36,588 nucleotides of DNA from Vicugna vicugna (taxonomy: Eukaryota). The position numbers were made by a program, and so were the translations under genes. The stretch covers positions 7,160,522-7,197,109 of the forward strand of contig MU058781.1 in the NCBI GenBank assembly GCA_013265495.1, read 5' to 3'. Positions 11,359-22,410 of the stretch are shown here, in pieces. Under the pieces are notes generated by a model. The model was not told the origin of the DNA. It did not search any database and was given only the letters and a program-made list of their open reading frames with translations. Within the stretch, counting starts at the first letter, position 1, and each line of letters begins with the position of its first letter.

Positions 11359-13304
11359 TATTAGAAGGTTGAGGCTGGAAGGGAATGTTGGCGTTTTGGA
11401 ATAGTCTTTGCAGGAAACATCAGAGAGTGAGTGTTGATCAGTGGGAAGGGAGAGTGTACAGGTGGAGCTGAGGGTCCAAACGACGTTAAAAAAGAATGCG
11501 TTGGCTGGGGCTCTGTCTGCACTGTTTGGGGGACCCTCTAGCCATTCTGTGTTACTTCCTCCTTTGTGACTCCAGAGAGTTGCTTGTTGGCTGATCAGAG
11601 GTGTCTCTCCCCCTTGATTGTGGACATTTTGAGGGCCAGGTTCCTATCTCATTAATTTTTGTGATAGCTTGATTTTCCTCAGTTTCCAGCTGATCACCTT
11701 ATCCTTTAGCTGCAAGCATTCGCCCCTCCCCTCACTGCGACACAGGAAGAGCCTCTTCCTGGACCTGAGCTGCAGCTGCCCAGCCTGTCTCACTGCATGT
11801 TGAGTCCACCCAGTCCCGTCTCTTCCTTTGGGGACTGGTGACTAATGTGGTCAGAGAAGCTGAAGTCATGCAGCAATTATGGCTCCACACACACACATTC
11901 ACTGTTTTATCTGTTTCCCCCCCATCTTCCTGTCTTCAGAACAAAAAAATTCTCTGACTTCATATGGCCAACACAGCTGTCCAACTGGCTGCAAACACAG
12001 AAGTGAATGAAGTCAGTGAAAGGATGAGTCACTGCACAACAGTGTCATTTACACTAGCTTCCATCCCCCCCGCCCCCTACCCTGGGGATTTACTGCTCTG
12101 GAAGGAGCCCTTTGCCACATCTCCAAGGGCAATGTGTAAGGAATAGCATTTTACGGGAGGAAGTACCTCGCTTGGCTGAGTGGCTTAATGGTGTTTAAAT
12201 ATTTTCTAGAAAAAGGGCACACAACATACAATTCATGATTCAAATCCACACAATTTAGTTATAGCTTAATAGTGTTTCCTGAGTCATGACACAGAGTGAA
12301 CCTATAACCAGGAGAGTGCACAGGCACCAATGGTAATTTTATTTCCTCCGCTGTTGTCCGTGTTAATTCATGGACCATCATGAAAACAAGCATCCTTGCA
12401 GGGCAGATGGCACCGCTTGATAATCTAAATCGAGGCTGTTGGTTTTTTATCATGGTCAGTTGTTTTATTAGGGGTCAATGTTGGCATAGATTTAAAAGCT
12501 GTGCTGAATAATAATATCAATATTAATAAGCAATTTATTTTCTCACTATGATCTCTGCCTTTCTGTTACGAATTTCTCCTGTCTTGAAGATGATGCCGTT
12601 CAGAATGTGAGAAGCTTAGACTGGCTAAAGTTTGTCTTAGTTCTCACGTTGACTATGTTTCCTGCTTTTCATGCCTTTGGTCAACCCGTTGTAATCATCA
12701 GCCTTGTATCACCCTCTTTCTGAACTCTCTTTCCTCCTCTTTATAACGGGCCTTCCTGGGGACTGCACTTGAATTCTCAGACCGAGGAGGAGAGAGGGAG
12801 ATAAGACTGAAGCTAGAGGAGCAGCTGCTGGTCCACCTGGCTGCCAAGGCTTGGCAGCAGGTTCCTGGGGAAGCAGTAGGCACCTGGTTCACACAGGACC
12901 AGCACAGCTGGTCCAGCTTTTGACTGGCAGAGCGTGGCTTCCTTCGTCACTGAAGTGACTGGCCCTGTGATCTTGCTACAGCCTGCTGAAACCGAGAGGG
13001 GACACAGTGAAAGCGGTACACCTCAGTGGAGCAGGTGCAAGTCACATTTCACTAATGAACAATGGGCACTTTGCACACAGGGAGGCTTTGATCTGAGAGC
13101 TAAAAAGCCCTTCTGTTGGACAGGATGTTGGCTGAGGCAGGCAGCAGTAAGAAGCATTGGGAAGGATCCTTTATCCAAGAAAGTCAGTGTAAGAGCAGTC
13201 ATCAAATACTACTTGCAGAGTCAAAGACTCCCATTCTCAGAAGGATGGGATAAAGCTATGTTTGTGGAATTCTTCTAGTGGATTCTGTATCTGGATCATC
13301 CCCA

Positions 13305-13460
13305 AATGAATAAAACATTTCTTCTATATTAAACTTAAATCTGTCTTCTACCCGTCAGTTTTAGTTCTACCTTATGGGTTTATATAGAAAACAATTCTGC
13401 TTGAAGAGGAGAGCATCCATGTGAGAGCCTTCCATGTATTTAAAGAGCACTCTTAGGTCT
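13305..13460 (-). mobile_element. CR1/L3 LINE 3' fragment
   Basis: TTCTTCTATATTAAACTTAAATCTGTC...TTTTAGTTCTACC...CCTTCCATGTATTTAAAGA resembles the antisense L3 3' region. Confidence 0.55.
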
Positions 13461-13654
13461 TCCAGGAAGTGTTAACAGGGCATCTTCTAATAAGTAAAAA
13501 TAAGTAAATTTATAAATAATAAAATAAGATAAATTGCTATCTCTCTGTACTAAATGGGGCATTCCTCCTGTACAGTGACTTCAAAAGCTCCATGCAAATT
13601 TCTTGTCTCTTCCTCTAAACAATCAGAATTGGATTAAAAAAATTTTTTTTTATA

Positions 13655-13780
13655 ATGGAAAAGACCTTAAAGATCATCTTTTCTAAGCTCTCATTTCACA
13701 GATTGGGAAACAGAGGCTCACAGAGGTGAAGTCACAACAGCAGTTCAGAGCTGAGATGCGAATCCAGGCCAGTCCAGGGT
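13655..13780 (-). mobile_element. MIR3/MIRc SINE
   Basis: GGAAAAGACCTTAAAGATCATCT...CTCATTTCACAGATTGGGAAACAGAGGCTCACAGAGGTGAAGT is the antisense MIR core with a MIR3-type tail. Confidence 0.8.
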
Positions 13781-14024
13781 TTGTGCCCCTTTGTCAAGTT
13801 GCCCTGATGATGTCTGCGATCAAGTGCAGGAGTGACTGTGATTCCATGCTGGGCAAGGTGCAGACTACCCATCCCACTCTGTAAGCACACAGGACTTTGA
13901 TCAAGCTCACCTTCCTTTCCCCATAACCTGCTCTCAGAGGGTGCCCTGATCTCAGACTTTGTGAATTTTTAGCCAATATATTTCTATTTTTGTGAGTATT
14001 TGAATTCTTTCCTCTCACTTTTCA

Positions 14025-14240
14025 TTGAGGAGTGTAGCATGTCGGGCAATGAATGGATTTGAGCCTCACAAAGGAGATGAAGGAGGGGCAGTTAGGCAGA
14101 GGAAGGTCTCTAACTGGGCATGAGCATTTGAGAGAGGGTTTTGCAGGGGTGAAGCATGCAAGGAGAGGGGTAGGGGCATGAGCAGGAAGGGATCCACGGT
14201 GGAAGGGTAGCAAGACATGGATTCAAAGCCTAATGTGGAA
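14025..14240 (-). mobile_element. LINE-2 fragment
   Basis: G-rich antisense L2-like sequence (AGTTAGGCAGAGGAAGG..., GGAAGGGTAGCAAGACATGG..CAAAGCC). Confidence 0.45.
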
Positions 14241-14834
14241 AGGCCTTGAGCCATCGTGTCAGCAAGGGTTTGCTGTGTCTGGGGAGGTTTTCTGTATTGC
14301 CATTCTCCGTTAGGCTCAGAACAAGTGGGAATGCAATGTTACAGAGAGACAGAAATCACTGTTTCCAAATCCTTGCTGTTGCTCTTGGATCAGAAGCTTG
14401 TTTAGGTTGATCCTTTACAGCAGAATAACCAAATCTAGTGGTTACCCTGCTGGAGGGGATCCCCCACCTATTAGGCCTCCTTTCCTTGTCAGGACTGGCT
14501 CAGGACCCAAACACGGTCAACCTGGGGCGGTCATAGGCCTGCGAATTCTACTGAACAGGGCTAAGAAAAGCAGGGACCTGGTACTATAGGTGTTGGAAAC
14601 ACTTTACCTTTTCCTGTTTTTCTCCTTCTCTCACTTTATCAGAACCTACATGTCCCATGTGTCATAACCTCTGGACTTAGCTGTTTGTTAAGGAAGTAAT
14701 CAAATAATTTTGCAGGAGTACCGTAGCTAGTTAAATACAATGTCATTATCAGGAAACATTTGGTATAGAAGTGGTAATGGGCAAGAGAAGTGAATTTATT
14801 GGGAAAAAATTGGGTAAAGTTGAGTATTAGGGTT

Positions 14835-14854
14835 TGTGTGTGTGAGGGAGAGAG

Positions 14855-14899
<45 letters not shown>
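14835..14899. repeat. Compound (TG)n/(AG)n microsatellite
   Basis: Directly visible alternating TG, AG, TG and AG dinucleotide tracts. Confidence 0.95.
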
Positions 14900-14902
<3 letters not shown>

Positions 14903-17099
14903 CGAATCAACTTGAAAAAACTATCCCTCTGTAAGACTTGGAGTTCTCAGGCCGGGGACAGACTACATACAGATCCCGCTACTCCATGTGTGTCCCTTCA
15001 GAGTACCTGCAATTCTCTTTGCTACCATCAGAATCATTGCCCTCCAGTGACCTGCTATCTGTATAGTTTTCACTGTTGCTAAGGGGTTTCCAGAGTACTC
15101 TGCTCCTCAACAAACCAATCTTTCCTAATTAATTACATTTGAATCAGCAGATTGTTTTCCTCTTTTTGGTTGGAATTTGTCTTTTTAAATTCAGTTGGCA
15201 TTTGCTTTTATTTATTTATTTTTTTAAGTTTCCTTCCCCTTGCTGTTTTTAACACTTGAAAATGTATAATTGAGTCAACAGTGATGGACCAGTTTTGCTG
15301 CTTACTTCTATTTTTGATTTGAATTCTGCTCTTCATTCAGAATTCTCATGGTGGACTTGAACCCTTTAAATCTGAAGTGTTCTTGCTTTTTTGGCCTATT
15401 GGTGGGCCACAGGCACTGGTTTCCTGGACTCTGAGTTGATGAATGCCGATTCTTTTCCTTAAGTTTTTCTCAGAAACGATTGGGAGGGATATGAGCCGTG
15501 TTTAGATCTGCCCACAGGTTTCACTGTGCTTCCTCTTAAAATTTCCATTTCAAATTTCCTCCGCCATGTAACATTTACTTTGTCTCTGTCTTAAAAATTT
15601 TTGTCTCTTTCATAATTCTTTTGTTTAGTTTTTCTTTGCTATGGTTGGAAAGTTTGCACTGGGATTTCAATCTTCATCCTGATGTTTTGCAATTTGTATT
15701 TTTTAATTGTTTTGCAATTTTTATTTTGACTTTTGCTGTAATCCCAAATTGCACAAACGCCTATTCTTGTCCCCAGGATGTAAGTTTATAAACCATTTTG
15801 ATTTGCTTTTTTACTCATTTCTTCTTCATTTTCATCAGAGAATTCATGAGTTCGGATGGGTGAGCAGATAGTAGTCCTCAAAAGCCTTTTCTCTTCCATT
15901 TTTGACTTGCTAGTCAGTTTCTCACTTGTTCTTCCTTTGTCATGGCTCAGGCCTCCCTGCCAGAGGGTGTGGGGACAGTTGGAGAAGAACCTTGAAATTC
16001 CTCATATGATGAAAACAAAATTCAAGGGGGAGCATACTTCACTTTGTGGTGAAGTGGGGAGCAGGTGGAGGGAGGCAGAGTAGAGCAGGGTCTTTTTTGC
16101 CTGCCCATTGAGGCCTAGTCTCACTTTGCACACAGAATTGTTCTCAGCTTGTGGGTCTTGGAATACTTCCTCAGAAGTCCTGAAATGTTTATTGTCTATG
16201 TCTCTCCTCTGTTAATTGCAATGTGGTCTGTATTCTAGTCTCCAATCAGCCTGAAATCCTTTCAAAAATTAAGATCGTCTTCTATTTCCCCAGCCTCTAG
16301 CACAGCAGAATCTGGAACATAATTGGCTGTCAAATTTGCTAAACGAGCAGGTGAATATGTTCCCCCCACCTCAATGCTACATATAGTAGGCATTCAATAA
16401 CTTGTGTTCACAGTTACTAATAACATATTTGAAAGTCACTGGCCACTTATAGCACCACACTTTTTGGGAACGTATCCATTTTTCCTTGATCATATCTAAT
16501 TCTTGATTTTGTCTTTTGGAAACAAATATCTAAGAAACTGAGATTGTTCAGTTTTTTTGAGCCGTTTTATCTTTTTGTGAGAAAAGGGCTATAAGAATAG
16601 TTAACACATTAATTGTATATTTATTAACAAACCTGGCTAGGATGAGTATTAGCTCTAGCTCTGAGATTATGAAGGAGAAAGTTGGGGAGTCATCAGTTTA
16701 TTCTATCCGGGCAGAAAATCATCTTACCTTGAAACTTCCTCTTGTGTGGTCCTCTACATTGATCAGTAAACAAAGCAGCTCACTGCCAGATTTTTATTTC
16801 ACTTCATTGTGTGTAGATGCAGGGAAGGCAGTGCTTTCTTCCCTATCTTGATGGCAGATAATTCAGGCTAACCCAGTATTACCTTTGGCAATACAATGAT
16901 TACTTGAATATAAAATCATAATTAGATTGAGTTCTTTAACTGATGCTCCCAAGAAATAATTATGCGTTTAAGGCTAAATCCAGGGGACAAAATTCAGTGC
17001 TTTTGAGCAATTCTGTTTAAAAAAGGTAACACTATCCTTGTGTGTAAAATGGTGGCATGGCCGTTTTTCTTACCTCTTAGTATATCTGTCTCTCCTTCT

Positions 17100-17290
17100 C
17101 ATTCTCCAGCTGTTCCCCAATCAGGTATTGCTTTGAACAAAATGTGTCGTCTTGGATCACCTGAAAATTATCTCGCAAATTATGTCAATAAGAATATCTG
17201 CAGAATTTGGGATGATAAAAATAATAGAGAAGTAATGAACAAATACGTTGAGTATCTGGCACGTAGTAGACGATCAAAGCTATGAGCTTG
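17100..17290 (+). mobile_element. MIR SINE, degenerate
   Basis: MIR 3' end GTATCTGGCACGTAGTAGACGATCAA preceded by weak core similarity. Confidence 0.5.
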
Positions 17291-18339
17291 ATAAATGAAT
17301 GTGGATGCCGACCACACAGATACAGAAACGAAGGCAGCAGTGTGGAAACGTACACACCGACCTAGCTTGAGTGCCTCCATGGTACTAAGAAGTAAAGGGA
17401 ATAAGTGCCATGTGTAGGAAGTAATCTCAGATTCTGATGCAGTCTGTCCTTCTGAAACTTGGAAAGGACCCCCAGAACACAACAGAGCCAACTGGACTTA
17501 ATATGAACTTTCAGTAATAGTGGTCATGGTTGGAGCTGTACAGATGACACATTGGCCTCAAAATCTTGTTCATGCTTTTTGATCAAGCATTTACTCTTTT
17601 TTATATTAAATGTTTTATACCCTTGCAGTTAGGGAAAGTCAGAAAAAAGAGCATTGGAACAAAAACTGCAACTAAGGATCTCCTCAATTTTCCAACTGTG
17701 TCTCGTGCTCACATAGCATCTAGGTTTTTTTTTCTTTGTGGGATGGGGGGTTCTCTAATTAAGTTATTTAAAAATCAAGTGAAAAACAAACTTTTCTTTT
17801 TTTCTAGGAAAGGCATGACTCCCTCATTCCAATGTGGTATTTCTAATTTTTGATTAGTGGAGGGTGCTCTCATTGTCTGCCAACCACTGGGTGTGTTTGC
17901 TCTCCGTCACTAAATAATAAGCATCTTCATTATACTTGTAGAGGGCTAGATTAAAAAACTGAGTCTTGACCTTGTGCCCCAAGGACCAATAAAGTTAGTC
18001 ATTTAGAGATAGTTCTGGAGTCAAAGTTTCCCCATTTAAAATGCCCCTGTCCAATTCTTCAGAGTTCAGCTTGGTATCATTAGCTGAGTCTTCTGCTCTG
18101 TCTCAGGAGACAGAGACAGGGTCCTAAGCAGCATTTGTCCTAATTGCCTTGTTTGTATTAACGTCCCCAGAACTTTAATTTAACTTGTTTGGAAAGGTGT
18201 TCTGCCTCTCGCTGTCCAAACGGTGTGAACTTCTCTTGCACGTGGGCTCCTTTCTGGGCCTTGCACTCTGACTTTGCTCTTAGGAGTTTTCAGCTGTGGC
18301 TACAGAACACCGTAAAAGCCAATGGAAAAATTTAGCCTG

Positions 18340-18770
18340 ACTCTAAAATTACTTTTCCCTTGTCATGTCCCACCACTCTCAAGTGTGATGATTTTTCCTG
18401 TCTATGCCCCAAGCATTCTCCTCTCTGTGCCTCTGCTTTGGTGGTTAGCTCTACCTAGACGGTCTTCTCCCAGCTTCACCTATTAAAATTTCTGACGATT
18501 CTTCAATGATCAGCTAGGAGCTCACCCTCTTTGTGAAGTCCTTCTGGATTCTTGCGGCTGGAGACAGTCTCCCTTCTCTGCTGTCCTGAATCTGTCCCAT
18601 GGCTCCTCATGCCCCTCGCCATTTACTGCCCATTACCCTTACTGGGCCTTGCTGTTTGTCTCCCAGGACTTCAGGCTGTAAACGTTTTAAAAGGCAGGAC
18701 TTTGCTTACTCAATGATTTCTAACCAAGAGCCCTCTTAGAGGAGTTGCTCAGAAAGTTTCATTGATGCAA
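18340..18770 (+). mobile_element. LINE-2 3' fragment
   Basis: Pyrimidine-rich L2 3' region: CTCTACCTAGACGGTCTTCTCCC...TTCTTCAATGATCAGCT...CCTCTTTGTGAAGTCCTTCTGGAT...CTGTAAAC...AAGGCAGGACTTTG. Confidence 0.7.
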
Positions 18771-20469
18771 GACGCAAATATACCGTGGAGTAAAATAATC
18801 TGTTTACTAGACTAAACTTCTCCCCCACTTTTCAACCGGATTTTGAAATCGTGTAGCCATAGCCAGCTGTAGAATGCAAAATAATCCCCCCTCTTCCCAA
18901 GACGCAGTCTGTAAGCCATCAAAATCGTGAACAGAAAGAACTATGTGTGTTTATAGGTAGGTGCCTGTGCTCCGGGGGAAACGTAAGTTCAAGTTTTGGC
19001 AAATTGATTACAAAATAACAATAACCTAGTAACGTGTGTGGCCTATTATTTTATGCAAAGTATTTTGTGTCTTGGGAGAGGCTGTCTTGTTGTTCCCTGA
19101 AACCTGACACATATATCACACCTCTAAGCTTGGCTTCAATTCAGATTTCCTAGAGTTACAGCCCTGCCCCTTAGGTGCTGACTCACCACTGCTGCTCACT
19201 CTTATTAAATTTTCTGGCACCAGCACATGTGACTTTTTTTTTGTCTCCAAAGAATACATAGTCACATCAGAGAACTTTCTCTAGCTGCTTTCTCCTCAGT
19301 GCTGACTAAGTCCAAAGTACTTTTGTAGCCGAAGAAAACAGTTCTGCACCCTCAGAGTTAAATTTAATTGCCGTTTCATAAACTTTCAGTGAAATTCTGC
19401 CTTCCTCTTTGGAAAATAAATGATCTTTATGGTAAAAACTCTTTCATTTGATTAATAAAACTTCAGTAGGAAATTTAGATATAAAGAAACAAATTCTGTT
19501 CAGAAAATCCACACACTACAAATAATAAATCTGTTTATAATAAGAAAATCCAAAGAAACAAAGCACATAACCTGCCCTCAAGAAATTCAAGGCATCAATA
19601 GATATTAAAAAATTAAAGCACATACAGTGTCAGAAGGAGTATGATATAGGTATTATAAGAAAGTACAAAGTGAAGCATTTAGTATTCTCACAAGAATATT
19701 ATCACAATTAGTGAGATTGTGTGTTTAAAAAATTTGGAGATACCCTGATGAAAGCGAACATTTCTATTGAATGGGGTTATCAGTGGTAGTTACATTATAG
19801 GTTTATTGTATGACATAAATGAGTGGGTAGAGATAAGGCATTTGGAATACTGGCTGCCACAAGTTAAGCAGTCAGTGTGTGCTGGTTATTTTCAGTGATC
19901 ATTTCTCATCTCTATGTGCTATTTCAAAGCTTTTTACAAATAGTTGCTATATTGTCACGTTTCCCAAGCAGGAGAAATACCTGGTAATAGTCATTCCAAG
20001 TATATAAAATAAGTTACAAAGAAGGTTTATGCCACTGAGAGCTATAGAACTACCACAATTAAGAGAATAAACATTCTTAAGACTTCACTATATGTTCACA
20101 ACGATTTAAAGAAAGAAAAGTTTAATATCAAACATGTATTCTGCACACAACAACAAACATCTGATGGACTTCCGAAGACTCACTAAATTAAGCAGATCTT
20201 GGGTGATGCCCAGTACTGAACCTGACCAGTTAATTGCCCAATCCCTATATGAATTGCCATATAACTTTATGCCAAAATGAATGATAGAAGCTGTGTCTTC
20301 TGGATGACCAAAATCAGCCTTAAGGAGTGAAGAAATAAACTGAGCATGTTTTTCATTCCTATGTCAACAAACAATTGATTACTTGTTTGTCATTGTTATG
20401 TTGGTGACAGAAAGTGCACGGGCGAACACTCACTCTCAGTTTATTTTTAATTACATCGCATGGTCGTGG

Positions 20470-20600
20470 TGTTGCAGTGGGGAGACTCGAGCTGTGTGAC
20501 CTTGAACCAGTTATTACCAACCCTGGGCATCACTTCCATCCTCTCAAATTAGAGTGTACCTTTACAGTACCTTCCTGAGCTAAAATGCCATGGCTCTAGA
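20470..20600 (+). mobile_element. MIR/MIR3 fragment
   Basis: AGCTGTGTGACCTTGAACCAGTTA MIR core. Confidence 0.65.
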
Positions 20601-22189
20601 GGATGGAATTATATTATGGACATTATAGAAAATGGTTTACCACTCATTTGAAAGTTTCTTTTAAAAGGACTCATTTAAAGTGTGTATAACAAAGTACAGA
20701 GCATTACTCAATGTTGATTTGTTAAAAGATTACAATTTAGCTCTTGAAATAAACGTTTCCCAAAATAACAGCATTTGGGAAACTTGGAGCTCTGTTTTAG
20801 TCCTTTCACAGGAACTGAGAGGTCTTTCACGCTATGAAGGCAGAATACTGAGTAATAGAAGAAACAAGAAGTCCTCAGTCTTCATCGCTCTGCCTGGGGA
20901 CCCAATGGACTATTATTAGCATGGGATACAAAATAGATTTGGTAAACATTGGAAAAGTCTTGCCAAGAAGAGTTTCAAAGACATATGTTCTTTTGTAAGT
21001 GCCATGATCAGAATAAACAAGCAAGATGTTCTAATTAAGAAGTATCTGTAAGGCAACTTGTTCTATAACTTAGCACTGAGGTTCTGAAACAGACAGTCAA
21101 AACTTTGGGGGTGGGTAACCCCTATTCCTTCTTCCATCCAGACTGTTTTAAAGACTGGAACAGAGAGCTGCCTTCTCTACTTTGACCACGAGAGGGAGGG
21201 CAACTACGTGGAATTACTCAGCTAAGGCAGTCGTTTCTCCAGTCCACAGTCACCCTTGCCTCGTTAACCTGGTCTTCACAACAAATCAGTCTATCATAGA
21301 AACTGATTTTCTTTGACTTTTTGAGAGAGTGGAAATGTAGGGGGATGTGTTTTATCAATGCATATTAGCCCCATCTTTTAAGTTCAGTGGGGTTATGATA
21401 CAAATATTATTTTCTTATTTTTACAAACCTCACTAATAAACTTGGTACAGATCTGGTTGAACGATGGAGGGAGAGAATAAATGGCCATGCTTCCAATCTG
21501 CCCTGTCCTTGCAATGTGCCTGGATTTTCCTCTGTAAGATTATCTCTTTTGAGTTAAAGAATTGAATCCTTATAATGATTTCATGGGATAGAGGTTGGCC
21601 TAAAACTTTGATAATTCTTCCAGCCCTAACATTCTGTGATTCTGTATCTCCTCAACTGGAGTATTAACTTCTCAAGGATAAGGAACTGGGACTTAGCTAT
21701 AACACACACTGCCAAGGCTGATCCCTTAACAGATGCTCACTATAAGAGTTCATGACTAAAAATGATTGCTAAAATTGGCTTATTTATATGATTATTGACC
21801 ATCTATGAGCACCATGAAGAGTAGGATATAATTTTGATTCTCAAGGCATATAACTGTCTCCTCAATATTTAAAAAAAATCTGTTGAAATTCAGGATGGTA
21901 GTGCTTAAACAAAATGCTCAGAAATAGTGATCCTTCTGTCCTCACTATAACCATCTTCCCCAACATACATACAAATCTGTACCTGTCATAGGTACACATA
22001 TTCCGCACACTGCACACACACACAAGCAAATCAGATTCTAAGGCAGAAATCTTTACCAAAGCCATTATGCCAGACAACAAGCGATTGTGTAAAGTCTTTC
22101 TCACTCTCATAAAGCAATAATAAGGAGTACAGTAAATTTGAAAAAAAGAGCTATTTATGATTCACTAATGAGAGAGATATTTATAGGGC

Positions 22190-22410
22190 TTTTATAACAT
22201 CACATAATTATAACATGAAAAGCAGAGACTCAGAAAAAGTTTGAAGATGACAGTGATATTAAAAACCATCCTTCCTCCTGGTGGTGGTGTTATTATTGTT
22301 ATTATTTTAAACAGAGGGAAAAACTGATGCTGAGGAATCACACAAGTGGTTGTTGGTGAGCTGGTAGCAGAACTCAGGTCTCTTGGCCCTGAGCCCATTC
22401 TGTTACATCC
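22190..22410 (-). mobile_element. MIR SINE
   Basis: TTATTATT...TTTTAAACAGAGGGAAAAACTGATGCTGAG...GAACTCAGGTCTCTTGGC is an antisense MIR. Confidence 0.65.

Larger units (their letters stand above)
8198..11480 (-). mobile_element. Long fragmented LINE-2 (3' end near 8198), interrupted by younger insertions
   Basis: Antisense L2 3' end (CTCAGCAAACCTTTATTCAGTATCTAGTATGC). G/A-rich L2-like segments lie at about 8665-8810, 9610-9790, 10200-11140 and 11360-11480 (e.g. GGATTTTAAACGGGAATGA...AGATTTGCAT; GATTTAGTTTGGGGACA). Collinearity was judged by eye. Confidence 0.65.
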
